Positions 19,035 to 30,820 of a DNA stretch of 64,000 nt are shown piece after piece. Both the position numbers and the translations under genes were made by a program. The stretch lies in contig JBKBRF010000011.1 in the NCBI GenBank assembly GCA_046292385.1, positions 83,822 to 147,821 on the forward strand, read 5' to 3'. The stretch is from Armatimonadota bacterium (lineage in GTDB: Bacteria > Armatimonadota > SYMT01). The notes below the pieces were generated by a model that saw only the letters and a list, made by a program, of their open reading frames with translations, did not search any database and was not told the DNA's origin. Each line of letters begins with the position of its first letter. The first letter of the stretch is position 1.

Positions 19035-20380
19035 GCGGGACTGGCGTGGGTCCCGGCGTCCGCGGAGGCAGGGACCTTGCCGTCCAGGAGACAGCTCACG
19101 TTGGTGTCCCCCATCACGTTGATGGCGGTGCGGCAGCGGTCGAGGAACCAGTCCACCGTGATGAGCAGCGCGATGTACTCGGTCGGCAGCCCCACCGCGG
19201 TGAAGACCATCGTCATCGTCACCAGCCCCGCTTCCGGAATGCCGGCGGCGCCGACGGAGGCGACGACGGAAGTCAGCACCACCAGGAGTTGCTGCCAGAA
19301 GCTCAGCTCGATCCCGAGCATCTGGGAGATGAACAGCGCCGACATCGCCTCGTAGAGCGCGGTGCCGTCGTTGTTGAAGTTGGCGCCCACCAGGGCGCCC
19401 AGGCTCGCGGAGCGGTCCCGCAGCCCCACCCGGTCCACCAGGCAGGAGTAGGTCACCGGCATGGTCGCGGTGGAGCTGGCGGTCGAGAACGCCATCACCA
19501 GCGCGTCCCGCGTTCCCCGCAGCAGCTCTCCCGGCCGGACCCACGAGCGCAGCCGGACGCGGACCAGGTAGTACGCCGCCTGGAGGACCAGCGCCAGCAG
19601 CACCGCGCCGATGAACGCGGCGAGCGCGCCGAACGGGGCGAAGCCTTCCTTTGCCACCACTCCGGCCACGACGCCGAAGACGCCGATCGGCACGAGATCG
19701 ATCACCCAGTGCAGGATCTTCAGCAGGGTATCGAAGGCGATCTCGATGAAGTCTTCGAGAGTATTGAGCGGACGCCGCCGCGAGCTCCGCAGCGCGATTC
19801 CGAAGGCGACGGCGATAATGATGACGCCGATCACCTTGTTGTTGTCGACCAGCGGACGCAGCAGGTTGTCCGGAACGTTGTCCAGGAACTGCGCGACCGG
19901 ATCGGAGGCCGCCGGCGCCTTGATGCCGTTGTCCTTCAGGATCTGCATCACCTGCGGCGCCAGCGGATCCTGCGAGCGGTTCGCCACCGGCGGCGGCTTG
20001 GGCGCATCCAGCTTGGCCAGCGTGCCGGGCCGCACCAGGTTCGCCACCGCCAACCCGATGCAGATCGCCACGAGCGTGTTCAGGACGAGCAGGTAGGCGA
20101 GCCGGCCGACCGACCCACTGCCCAGCTCGGCCGTCATGAGCGCCCGGATGATCGCAATCAGGATCAGCGGCGGCGCCAGCGCCCGCAGGAGGCGGAGGAT
20201 CAGGTCGCTGACCACCTGGAGCCACTCGACCTGGGGCCCGAAGGCTGCCCCCACCGCCGTCCCCAGCAGCAGCCCCGCGAGGATGCGCAGGTAGAGCGGC
20301 GCATGGTGCCACCGGGCGAACAGGCCCCGCTGCGGCTCTCCAGGCTCATGCTCCACGGCGGACGGCTGGTGCGGCATCAC
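19031..20380 (-). CDS. Dicarboxylate/amino acid:cation symporter (DAACS/GltP family)
   Basis: AFSTASSTATMP, GANFNNDGTALY, ASVGAAGIP, DWFLDRCRTAINVMGD. Confidence 0.93.
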   Translation of the reverse strand: MMPHQPSAVEHEPGEPQRGLFARWHHAPLYLRILAGLLLGTAVGAAFGPQVEWLQVVSDLILRLLRALAPPLILIAIIRALMTAELGSGSVGRLAYLLVLNTLVAICIGLAVANLVRPGTLAKLDAPKPPPVANRSQDPLAPQVMQILKDNGIKAPAASDPVAQFLDNVPDNLLRPLVDNNKVIGVIIIAVAFGIALRSSRRRPLNTLEDFIEIAFDTLLKILHWVIDLVPIGVFGVVAGVVAKEGFAPFGALAAFIGAVLLALVLQAAYYLVRVRLRSWVRPGELLRGTRDALVMAFSTASSTATMPVTYSCLVDRVGLRDRSASLGALVGANFNNDGTALYEAMSALFISQMLGIELSFWQQLLVVLTSVVASVGAAGIPEAGLVTMTMVFTAVGLPTEYIALLITVDWFLDRCRTAINVMGDTNVSCLLDGKVPASADAGTHASPA

Positions 20381-20444
20381 GGCGGGCCGAGCTCCTGTTC
20401 TGTCGGAATCGCCTCGGGGGGGAGACCGTCCCGGTCGCTCCCGG

Positions 20445-21623
20445 CTACTGCTGCTCGAAGAGGAAGACGCCTTTCTTGTTGGAGATCACGAGGTCCGGGC
20501 GGCGGTCCCGGTTCATGTCGATCGCGGTGAATTGTGTGCCGACGCCCGAGTCGCGGTCGATCTCGTGGCGCGTCCACTCGACCTTGCCGTCCTTCCGCCG
20601 GAACTCGAACCAGTAGAGCACGGCGGGGTCGTTCGGGTTCACGTCGCCGTTCGGGCCGTGGGCCCACCAGCGCTTTCCGGTCACGAAGTCCGGCTGGCGG
20701 TCGCCGTTGATGTCGACCATCTGCACGGAGTGCGACTGTGAGAAGGTGTCGTCGATCGTGTGCTGTACGAACTCCGGCCCGTTGGCGCCCTGCCGCTGCT
20801 CGTACCACCAGACGCCGATGGCGTGGGCAGAGCTGCTGAAGACGTCCATGTCGCCGTCGCCGTCGAAGTCATAGGTGTACATCGTGGCGCAGTCCGGTCC
20901 CAGCTTGGCGGGGACGAACTTCCAGCGCTCGGCGCTCCGGTCGGCCGGCTGCTCGTAATAGCCGTCTTTACAGAGGATGTCCGGCCGCTTGTCGCCGTTG
21001 ACGTCTCCCACCCCGAGCCCGTGGGAGAAGCGGTTGCAGCCGGGCTCCTTCAGCCCGCCGATCAGGTGCTGCTGCCAGCCGCTCTGCGGGGTGCTGCCGG
21101 GGCGATAGAACGCCATCCGCTCTTCCTTGAACGGAGAGACGAGCTCCGGCTTGCGGTCGCCGTCCAGGTCGGCCCAGATCGGCGTCTCGTTGCAGGCGCT
21201 CTCGGTGACCAGGTGCTCGGTCCACTCGCCGCCGCTCTTGCCGGGATTGCGGAACCAGACCGACTTCTCCCCCGGGAAGCCGACCACCAGCTGGTCCGCC
21301 CATCCGTCGCGGTCGAAGTCGCCGGCGAACGAGAGGAAGCAGTTGCTGTAGCCGGTCGCCGGCTCGAACTTCTGCGGCGGGCGGATCTCGTGGCGCTTCC
21401 AGTCCGGCGCCTCGTACCAGACGTTGCCGGCGAAGATATCGAGCTTGTCGTCCCGGTTGATGTCCGCCGCCGAGGCGCCTTCCGCGCGGAACTCGGTATC
21501 CAGGACCGTCTTCTTCCACCGCACCTCCTTCGGCGCCGTGCCGGCGGAAATGGCGGGGAGCGCCGCGGCCACCGCGGCGACAGCGAAGGGAAGGAGCAGG
21601 GAGCCGGTAGGGAGACGAGACAT
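20445..21623 (-). CDS. FG-GAP/VCBS repeat exported protein
   Basis: Signal peptide and repeated DxNxDGxxD motifs. Confidence 0.85.
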   Translation of the reverse strand: MSRLPTGSLLLPFAVAAVAAALPAISAGTAPKEVRWKKTVLDTEFRAEGASAADINRDDKLDIFAGNVWYEAPDWKRHEIRPPQKFEPATGYSNCFLSFAGDFDRDGWADQLVVGFPGEKSVWFRNPGKSGGEWTEHLVTESACNETPIWADLDGDRKPELVSPFKEERMAFYRPGSTPQSGWQQHLIGGLKEPGCNRFSHGLGVGDVNGDKRPDILCKDGYYEQPADRSAERWKFVPAKLGPDCATMYTYDFDGDGDMDVFSSSAHAIGVWWYEQRQGANGPEFVQHTIDDTFSQSHSVQMVDINGDRQPDFVTGKRWWAHGPNGDVNPNDPAVLYWFEFRRKDGKVEWTRHEIDRDSGVGTQFTAIDMNRDRRPDLVISNKKGVFLFEQQ

Positions 21624-21795
21624 GGACGAGGACCTCTACGCGCGGTGTCCCGCGGAGACGACGACCGCGGACAGGTGGTAGTTGGGTCCGGGGCGGCCGG
21701 TTCCCTTCCCTGCCTCGCTCCGGGGGCGCTCTGGATCGGCCCGTACATGCAAAAGCGGACGGCACCGGAGTGCCGTCCGTCCACGCGTTCTCTAG

Positions 21796-21869
21796 TAGCG
21801 GGGGAGGGGCTCGAACCCTCGACCTTGGGGTTATGAATCCCACGCTCTGACCAGCTGAGCTACCCCGCC
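21796..21869 (-). tRNA. tRNA-Met(CAT), probably elongator
   Basis: Reverse complement GGCGGGGTAGCTCAGCTGGTCAGAGCGTGGGATTCATAACCCCAAGGTCGAGGGTTCGAGCCCCTCCCCCGCTA; G1-U72 pair, A73; followed by CTA rather than CCA. Confidence 0.93.
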
Positions 21870-21879
21870 GCGCCTGCGT

Positions 21880-21908
21880 ATTATGCCAGCGGCCTCAGGA
21901 CGTGTCAA
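21880..21908 (-). promoter_or_regulatory. sigma70-type promoter for tRNA-Met
   Basis: TTGACA-17 bp-CATAAT immediately upstream of the tRNA. Confidence 0.8.
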
Positions 21909-22040
21909 TACCGTCGTCCGGTTCCGACGACAGCGTTGGCGGCGCTCATCCGGTTGCCTCCAGAGCGAGGTTCGAAGAGGTCGGCGCAACCACGGCGGGT
22001 GAGGTGCGTCACAGTGAGGGAGGCTCCTGCGGAGGACGGC

Positions 22041-23423
22041 ATGCTGAACCGGCGCGACGCGATGGTCCGGCTCGGGCAGGTGGGGTTGAGCGGGCTCACC
22101 CTGCCGGCGCTGCTGCGCGCGGAGCGGGCGGTGGCGGCTCCGTCCGGTCCGGCGCCGCGGGCGAAGGCGTGCATCCTGATCTTCCTCTGGGGCGGGCCGC
22201 CGCAGCAGGACATGTTCGACATGAAGCCGGACGCGCCGGAAGGGATTCGCAGCGCGTTCCAGCCGATCAAGACGAACGTGCCCGGCCTCGAGATCTGCGA
22301 CCAGATGCCGCTTCTGGCGCAGCAGGCGGATAAGCTGGCGATCATCCGCTCGATGACCCACGAGAGCGACGTGCACGAGCCGTCGGTCTACCGGGTGCTC
22401 ACCGGGCAGGTCGACCCCACCCAGGTAATCCCGCGGAACAACCGCACGAGGGCGCACTTCCCCGGCCCGGGCGCCATCGTCTCCCAGTTCCTCGGCTGCG
22501 CCTCCGCGCCGGCGAGCGTGACGCTGCCGCGGCCGGTGATGCACGACGGCGTGAAGTACTCCGGCACGCACGCCGGCTTCCTCGGCGCGGCGCACGACCC
22601 GCTGGAGCTGCCCGACTCCGGCTTCGCGGACGGCCGCCCGGTCTTCGACCTCGGCCTCCCCTCCGGCGTCGACGCGGAGCGACTGGTGCGCCGCCGCGGG
22701 CTGCTCCACCTGATCGAGGCGCAGCAGCGGTCGCTCGACCAGCATGGCGCGGTCCAGGGCATCGACGCCTTCCGCGAGCGGGCGTTCAGCCTGATGTCCT
22801 CCCCGGAAGCGAAGGGGGCGTTCAACCTGGACCGCGAGACGGCGGCGATGCGCGACCGGTACGGCCGCAACCACTACGGCGAGAGCTTCCTCCTCGCCCG
22901 GCGGTTGATCGAGGCGGGCGTGCGGATGGTGACCCTCAACTGGATGTTCTTCCGGCCGGACGGAAACCCGCTCAACCCGTGGGACAACCACGGCGGCACG
23001 CCGGCGCTCGGGAACCTGGGCGGCTTCGACATGCTGAAGGCGGACTACTGCATCCCGCCGCTCGACCGCGCCTACTCCGCGCTCCTCGCCGACCTGGCGG
23101 ACCGCGGCCTGCTCTCCGAGACGCTGGTGGTAACGACCGGCGAGTTCGGGCGCACGCCGAAGATCAACGACAAGCAGGGGCGGGAGCACTGGGGGCACTG
23201 CTACTCCGCCCTCGTCTCCGGGGGCGGTGTCCGCGGCGGGCAGGTCTACGGCGCCAGCGACGAGCACGCCGCCTACCCCGCGGACCAGCCGGTACGGCCG
23301 GAAGACCTGCTGGCGACCATGTACCACGCCCTCGGCATTCCGCCGGAAGGCGAAATCCGGGACGGCACCGGTCGCCCCCACCGGTTCTGCACCGGCACCC
23401 CCGTCACGGCGCTGTTCGGATAA
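22041..23423 (+). CDS. DUF1501 domain protein
   Basis: NRRD leader, FLWGGPPQQDMFDMKP, RDRYG, LLARRLIEAGV, WDNH, GEFGRTP.IN, GREHW; GGAGG RBS. Confidence 0.92.
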   Translation: MLNRRDAMVRLGQVGLSGLTLPALLRAERAVAAPSGPAPRAKACILIFLWGGPPQQDMFDMKPDAPEGIRSAFQPIKTNVPGLEICDQMPLLAQQADKLAIIRSMTHESDVHEPSVYRVLTGQVDPTQVIPRNNRTRAHFPGPGAIVSQFLGCASAPASVTLPRPVMHDGVKYSGTHAGFLGAAHDPLELPDSGFADGRPVFDLGLPSGVDAERLVRRRGLLHLIEAQQRSLDQHGAVQGIDAFRERAFSLMSSPEAKGAFNLDRETAAMRDRYGRNHYGESFLLARRLIEAGVRMVTLNWMFFRPDGNPLNPWDNHGGTPALGNLGGFDMLKADYCIPPLDRAYSALLADLADRGLLSETLVVTTGEFGRTPKINDKQGREHWGHCYSALVSGGGVRGGQVYGASDEHAAYPADQPVRPEDLLATMYHALGIPPEGEIRDGTGRPHRFCTGTPVTALFG

Positions 23424-23429
23424 GCTCCC

Positions 23430-23523
23430 AGGTGGTAGCAGGTTGGCAGGTTGGCAGGTTGCAGGTTAGCCGTCCGCGAGACGGGTTCGGAACCTGCCAA
23501 CCTGGAACCTGGAACCTGCTAAC
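23430..23523. repeat. GCAGGTT/AACCTGC palindromic element between convergent genes
   Basis: GCAGGTTGGCAGGTTGGCAGGTTGCAGGTT ... AACCTGCCAACCTGGAACCTGGAACCTGC. Confidence 0.8.
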
Positions 23524-23579
23524 GATGAGACTTACGCTCCCAGCCACCACCCGATGACGCGGTCTGCCACGCGCAGCAG

Positions 23580-24515
23580 TCAGGCCGGTCGCGGCGGCAG
23601 CTCCCGGTAGCCGGGGGTCACCTGGGCGATGTTCGGCGTGAGGTCCGCCTCCACGTTGCCGAAGACCCAGGAGAGCCCGCCCAGGAAGACCGACTGGAAG
23701 ATCGGGCTGGTCCAGACGTCCTCCCGGTGGCCCATGGAGGTGTAGAAAACGCGTCCCTGCCCGTGCTTGCGGGCCCAGGTGGAGGGATACGGTGGGCGCT
23801 GGTAGTCGGAGCCGTTCATCCCCTCCGTCTCCTGCACCAGCAGCACGTGGAGGTCGGGGCGGAAGTCCTTCAGGGAGTACCACTCCTCCATCATCCGGAA
23901 CTGCTCCCCGGTCTTTACGTTCAGCGCCGCCATGCCGGGGAAGCGGGTGTCGACCACGCGCATCCCCGCCACCTGCTGCGGCCCGTGCCGGATGAACTCC
24001 GCGCCGATCATGGCGACGTACGGGTCGACCCTGTCCCCGTGGTTGACGAACCGGTTGGAGCGGTCCGGCGGGTCCGGCTGCGTGTGGAACGTGTCGGTGG
24101 CGCTGTGCGTGCCGATGAACCCCTTGCCGGCGCGGATCGCGTCGAGGAGCGCCTGCTTCCCCTGCGGCGTCATCGGCGGATTCTTATCGGTGCCCGGCGT
24201 GGTGAGATCGCCCGTGGTGTAAAAGAAGAAGGCGTCGTACCGGGCCAGGTTCTCCGGGGTGAAGACGGAGCCGTCCTTGGTCGACGTCACCTCAAAGCCG
24301 TGCTTCGGTCCCAGCTCCGCGAGGACCTTCTCCACGTGGCTCGGCTCGCCGTTCACCCGCTTGATCACCGGATGCTCGAAGCCGGACGACTTGCTGAAGA
24401 AGAGCAGCCTGCGGACCTGCTGGCCCTGTGCCGCCGCCCAGCCGAGCGGGAACGTGGAGAGTCCCATCCCGGCCGCCGCCGCGCCCGCCCCGGCGAGAAG
24501 TCGTCGCCTGTTCAT
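23580..24515 (-). CDS. ThuA-like domain protein, Tat-exported
   Basis: NRRRLL signal; FSKSSGFEH, FYTTG, GFIGTHSATDT, EEWY, GRVFYTSMGH. Confidence 0.9.
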   Translation of the reverse strand: MNRRRLLAGAGAAAAGMGLSTFPLGWAAAQGQQVRRLLFFSKSSGFEHPVIKRVNGEPSHVEKVLAELGPKHGFEVTSTKDGSVFTPENLARYDAFFFYTTGDLTTPGTDKNPPMTPQGKQALLDAIRAGKGFIGTHSATDTFHTQPDPPDRSNRFVNHGDRVDPYVAMIGAEFIRHGPQQVAGMRVVDTRFPGMAALNVKTGEQFRMMEEWYSLKDFRPDLHVLLVQETEGMNGSDYQRPPYPSTWARKHGQGRVFYTSMGHREDVWTSPIFQSVFLGGLSWVFGNVEADLTPNIAQVTPGYRELPPRPA

Positions 24516-24557
24516 ATCGGTTACTCCTGACGTGCGCCCCGCGGGCCCGTTCCCGCG

Positions 24558-25166
24558 CTAGGAGAAGGAGACGCCGGCCTCCCGGAGACAGTCCAACACC
24601 CGCGGCAGCGGCTCCTGCCAGAGCCACGCCGGCCTCATCCGGAAGCCCGGGATCGCGATGGATGAAAGCCAGCCCGCCTCTTCCGCCACGGGGGCGTACT
24701 TCCCCTCCGGCCCGATCCGGTAGAGGTGAAGCACCTGGTACGCCGGATCCACGACCCAGTATTCGATAACTCCCGCCGCCTCATACTCGGCGAGCTTCTC
24801 GCGGCGATCGCGGTCGACACTCTCGGGGGAGACAATCTCGAAGGCGGCGTCGGGCGCTCCGTCGAGATAGGTACGGCGGAGCGTATGTGTCTTCTCCGCG
24901 CTGACAAAGAGCAGATCTGGCACCCGCCGAAGCCCCGCCCGCAGCCGCACCTGGAACTCCGGCCCGCGGACGCGACCGACAGGGTTGACCTCGAGATAGT
25001 TCCCCAGCAAACGCGCCAGGAAGTGGAACAGGTCGTCATGCACCGCGGATACGGGAGACATCTCAACGATCACCCCGTCGACAAACTCCGCACGGGTGTC
25101 CTCGTCGCACCATGACTCGAACTCCTCCTCGGTCATCAGCCGCGGGATCTCTGTGCGCATCGCCAT
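24558..25166 (-). CDS. Uma2-family (DUF820) endonuclease
   Basis: EFVDG..EMSP, PDLLF, GAPD..EIVSP, EKLAEYEAAGV.EYWVVDP. Confidence 0.92.
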   Translation of the reverse strand: MAMRTEIPRLMTEEEFESWCDEDTRAEFVDGVIVEMSPVSAVHDDLFHFLARLLGNYLEVNPVGRVRGPEFQVRLRAGLRRVPDLLFVSAEKTHTLRRTYLDGAPDAAFEIVSPESVDRDRREKLAEYEAAGVIEYWVVDPAYQVLHLYRIGPEGKYAPVAEEAGWLSSIAIPGFRMRPAWLWQEPLPRVLDCLREAGVSFS

Positions 25167-25179
25167 CAGCGCAGCCCTC

Positions 25180-25791
25180 CTACCTCTGCCGGATTGCGGC
25201 CAGACAGTCCGTCACGCGGGGAAGACGCTCCTGCCAGAGCCAGTCCGGGCGCATTCGAAAGCCCTCGATCGTCTCGGAGTACAGCCAGCCATCCGTCTCC
25301 GGCACCCGGGCGTACTTCCCGTCCGACCCCAGCCGGTACAGGTGGAGCGTACGGGAATACGGATCGATGAGCCAGTATTCCGGGATCTGCGCCGCCTCGT
25401 AGTCGAGGTACTTCTCGCGCCAGTCCCGCGCCTCGCTCTCGGGGGAGACGATCTCCCACACGGCGTCCGGCGCACCCTCGATGAGATTCTCGCGGATGCG
25501 GTCGCGATGCTCCGAAGCAACATAGGTGATATCCGGGACTCGTCGGAGGGCCGGTCGGAGGCGTACGGCGACTTCGCCGCCGAAGATCTCGCTTCCCTCC
25601 CGCGACTCCAGGTGCACGCGCAGGAGCGTCAGGATGAACACCGCGAGCCGTGCGTGATTGGTAGAGACCGGTGACATATCGATGACCACTCCGTCGACGA
25701 ATTCGGCGCGGGTGTCCTCGTCGCACCAGGCGTCGAACTCTTCCTCCGTCATGCGGAGCTCGGACGGGTGTCCTTCCAACTCCAGGCTCAT
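25180..25791 (-). CDS. Uma2-family (DUF820) endonuclease, tandem paralogue
   Basis: C-terminal 203 aa of ORF 25180-26979; same motifs as the neighbouring copy; ATG at 25791 after GGAG. Confidence 0.9.
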   Translation of the reverse strand: MSLELEGHPSELRMTEEEFDAWCDEDTRAEFVDGVVIDMSPVSTNHARLAVFILTLLRVHLESREGSEIFGGEVAVRLRPALRRVPDITYVASEHRDRIRENLIEGAPDAVWEIVSPESEARDWREKYLDYEAAQIPEYWLIDPYSRTLHLYRLGSDGKYARVPETDGWLYSETIEGFRMRPDWLWQERLPRVTDCLAAIRQR

Positions 25792-25892
25792 CGCTCTCTC
25801 CGCGTCTCTGGTCCAGGAGCAAGGGCGAGCAGGCGAGGGGAGGTGGACCGGGCTCTCCCACTCCCCCACTCCGCTTTCACCCACTCCCGGCG

Positions 25893-27848
<1,956 letters not shown>

Positions 27849-28011
27849 GAACTCGATTCTCCTCAAACGCGCGGCGCCTGCGGTCCGGAGCGGCGCCACT
27901 CTACGAGCTTAATTGTCCGGCTCCTCCGCACCTGCCTTCCCTCCTCGTAACGAGAACAATTGTTTGCGTCTGTGGTACGAGGGGAAAGACGAGGCCGGAA
28001 GGAGACGACAG

Positions 28012-28479
28012 ATGAGCAAGGTACAGGAGCGGAACGAGCGACGAACGGGAGAGACGTCTCACGGGCGCGGCGGTGCGGCGGAGGCCACGCGGGGAGAGGA
28101 ACTGCACGACTCGCCGATGATGGTCCACCTGCTTGAGGCGCTGCGGGCCGGCACCGACATCGGGCACTTCGGCCGCCTCACCTTCGCGATGGTGGCGCGG
28201 CACTTCATGCCGGAGGAGGAGCTGGTGAAGCTGCTCGCAAAGCAGCCGGATCAAGACCAGCAAAAGGCCCGCGCGCTGGTGCTGCAGGTCCAGCGAAAGG
28301 GCTACAACCCGCCGAAGCGGGAGCGGATTCTGGAATGGCAGGCCCAGCAAGAGTTCCCGATCTGCCCGGACGGGGACGACCCGCAGGCATGCAACGTCTA
28401 CCGCGAGCTGAAGCTGCCGGAACAGGTCTACGCCCAGATCCAGGAGTTCTGGGAAGAGCGGGCAGAGGCGGAGGAGTAG
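28012..28479 (+). CDS. Hypothetical protein, possible primase large-subunit C-terminal-like fold
   Basis: GGAG RBS; motifs IGHFGRLTF, GYNPPKRERI, FPICP, CNVY. Confidence 0.75.
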   Translation: MSKVQERNERRTGETSHGRGGAAEATRGEELHDSPMMVHLLEALRAGTDIGHFGRLTFAMVARHFMPEEELVKLLAKQPDQDQQKARALVLQVQRKGYNPPKRERILEWQAQQEFPICPDGDDPQACNVYRELKLPEQVYAQIQEFWEERAEAEE

Positions 28480-28489
28480 TCCGAACCGG

Positions 28490-28853
28490 GATTCACCGCA
28501 GAGACGCAGGCTCTCCGGACCTGTTTCACCACGGAGCGCACAGAGGACACCGAGAGGAACCGGCACGGGAATTCACCGCGGAGAGCGCAAAGGACGCAGA
28601 GAGGGGAACAGAGGGAGAAACCCCGGGGCCGCTCGTGGGCTCGTCAGCGGATCAGTCCTAAACTCTGGGTGCCCTCTCCGCGTTCCCTCTGCGCCCTCAG
28701 CGGCCTCTGCGGTGAACTAGATTCGGATCAGGGCCGCAGTACGGCTGACGTGAAGCGAATCAGGCCCTAAACTCTGGTCCCCTCTCTGTGCCTTCTGTGC
28801 GCTCTGTGGTGAAAAACCAGGTTCGGATTCTGCCCGCGTCTCGGCGGTGAATC
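28490..28853. repeat. Triple-nested TTCACCRC..GYGGTGAA palindromic element
   Basis: Three concentric inverted-repeat pairs plus an internal direct repeat CCTAAACTCTGG. Confidence 0.85.
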
Positions 28854-28870
28854 ACGGGTCCCCGCTGTCA

Positions 28871-28899
28871 TTGACTCCCCACAGTGCGGCAGGTAGAAT
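28871..28899 (+). promoter_or_regulatory. sigma70-type promoter
   Basis: TTGACT-17 bp-TAGAAT. Confidence 0.75.
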
Positions 28900-28958
28900 G
28901 GCACTCAGCGCGGCAGGGGGCCGATCTGTGGGAATAACAGGGCAGCGGGGTTCGCCGG

Positions 28959-28988
28959 GACTCGGGGCTTCGTGCCCGGAGTCTTTTT
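28959..28988 (+). terminator. Intrinsic terminator-like hairpin in the leader of the R3H-AAA gene
   Basis: GACTCGGGGC-TTCG-TGCCCGGAGTC followed by TTTTT. Confidence 0.55.
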
Positions 28989-29023
28989 GTCTCAGCTTGC
29001 CAGGCCCTCCGCGCCAAGACCAG

Positions 29024-30682
29024 ATGTCAGAACTCACCCACGGCGAGAGCCGCATTACCGATAACCTGGACCAGCTCCTGCAGGTGCTGCCGCCGGACGT
29101 CCGCCTGGCGATCCAGGCCCAGACGACCGGCGAGGAGCTGCTGGAGATCGTGCTCGACCTGGGCCGCCAGCCGGAGGCTCGCTACACGAGCGGCAACGTG
29201 CTGCTTACCGACCGCGTGATCGACCACGCGGACCTGGAGTACGTCACCAGCCGCGTGGGCGAGTTCGGGAAGGATAACCGCGCCGGCATCGAGCGGACCC
29301 TCCACCGTATCTCCGCCATCCGGAACCGCACCGGCCGCGTGGTCGGCCTCACCTGCCGCATCGGCCGCGCGGTGTTCGGAACGATCGACATCATGCGGGA
29401 CGTGGTGGAGAGCGGAAAGAGCATCCTCATCCTCGGCCGGCCCGGCGTCGGAAAGACGACCAAGCTGCGCGAGGTGGCGCGCGTGCTGAGCGAGGAGTTC
29501 GGCAAGCGCGTGGTGATCGTCGACACCAGCAACGAGATCGCGGGCGACGGCGATATCCCCCACCCCGCCATCGGCCGCGCGCGCCGCATGCAGGTGCCGG
29601 AGCCGGCGCTGCAGCACGCCGTGATGATCGAAGCGGTGGAGAACCACATGCCGGAAGTGGTGATCATCGACGAGATCGGCACGGAGCAGGAAGCGTTCGC
29701 CGCCCGCACCATTGCGGAGCGCGGCGTGCAGCTCGTCGGCACCGCCCACGGCAACACGCTCGAGAACCTGATGATGAACCCGACGCTCTCGGATCTGATC
29801 GGCGGCATCCAGCCGGTCACCCTGAGCGACGAGGAAGCGCGCCGCCGCGGCACGCAGAAGACGGTGCTGGAGCGAAAGGCGCCGCCGACCTTCGACGTGC
29901 TGATCGAGATGATCGCCAAGGAGAAGATGGCGCTGCACGAGGACGTCTCCGGCACGGTCGACAACCTGCTGCGCGGCCGTCCGCCGCGGCCGGAGATCCG
30001 GGAGCGGACCGACGCGGGTGCCGTGGAGGTGATCCAGCCCTCTGAGGCGAGCCTGCTGCCGCCGCGGGAGGCGGGAGGCCGTGAGCGCGTCGGCACGCTG
30101 CGCCCGCACGTGCCGAGCGGAGACCGGGAGCCCCGTGGGACCACCGACGGGCGCCGGCGCCCCGAGGAGCTGGACTTTCCCCCGACCTCCTACTTCGACG
30201 AAGTCGAGGCGAAGCAGCCGAAGACGGTCAAGATCTTTCCGTTCGGCGTGAGCCGCAACCGGCTGGAAAACGCGATCCGCGTGCTCAGGGTGCCGGCCAC
30301 GCTCACCCGCACCTGGGACGCCGCCGACGTGGTGATTGCCCTGAAGGCGCACTACCGCCGGGATCCGGGCCGGCTGAAGGACGCGATCGAGCACCACAAG
30401 CCGACCTTCGTGGTCCGCAGCAACACGCAGGTGCAGATCGAATCGGTCCTGCGGGAGATGTTCGGCCTCAACTCCGACGACTCGGAAGATGAGGCGGGGG
30501 CGGCGATGCGCGAAGCGGAAGAGGGAATCGCCCGCGTCCTCCAGTCCGGCGAGGCGGTGGAGCTGCTCCCGCAGAACTCCTACGTGCGCCGCCTGCAGCA
30601 CGAGCTGATCCGAAGCTACAGCCTCGCCAGCGCCAGCGTCGGCAGCGAGCCCTACCGCCGCATCCGGATCACCCGGAGCTAG
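29024..30682 (+). CDS. Ycf45/SpoIIIAA-family AAA ATPase with C-terminal R3H domain
   Basis: [63 protein letters not shown] (R3H). Confidence 0.9.
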   Translation: MSELTHGESRITDNLDQLLQVLPPDVRLAIQAQTTGEELLEIVLDLGRQPEARYTSGNVLLTDRVIDHADLEYVTSRVGEFGKDNRAGIERTLHRISAIRNRTGRVVGLTCRIGRAVFGTIDIMRDVVESGKSILILGRPGVGKTTKLREVARVLSEEFGKRVVIVDTSNEIAGDGDIPHPAIGRARRMQVPEPALQHAVMIEAVENHMPEVVIIDEIGTEQEAFAARTIAERGVQLVGTAHGNTLENLMMNPTLSDLIGGIQPVTLSDEEARRRGTQKTVLERKAPPTFDVLIEMIAKEKMALHEDVSGTVDNLLRGRPPRPEIRERTDAGAVEVIQPSEASLLPPREAGGRERVGTLRPHVPSGDREPRGTTDGRRRPEELDFPPTSYFDEVEAKQPKTVKIFPFGVSRNRLENAIRVLRVPATLTRTWDAADVVIALKAHYRRDPGRLKDAIEHHKPTFVVRSNTQVQIESVLREMFGLNSDDSEDEAGAAMREAEEGIARVLQSGEAVELLPQNSYVRRLQHELIRSYSLASASVGSEPYRRIRITRS

Positions 30683-30690
30683 CCGGCTCC

Positions 30691-30816
30691 AGGGTGTAGG
30701 GGGTAGGGTTTAGGGTGTAGGTTTCGCGGGCGGCAATCCGACCTCGGATCGCCGCCTCCGGTCTTTAGCCTTTAGCCTTTAGCCTTTAGCCTTCTGCCTT
30801 TAGCCTTTAGCCTTTA
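30691..30816. repeat. Heptamer tandem repeats (GGTGTAG-like and AGCCTTT)
   Basis: About 7 copies of TTTAGCC directly upstream of the tmk ATG. Confidence 0.8.
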
Positions 30817-30820
30817 AGAG

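Noticed and set aside
21796..21870. Initiator tRNA-fMet
   Set aside because: Numbering gives a G1-U72 pair rather than a C1:A72 mismatch, and the anticodon stem ends in A31.C39 rather than three G-C pairs
3400..21900. Integrative element at the tRNA 3' ends
   Set aside because: No integrase and no duplicated tRNA 3' fragment seen
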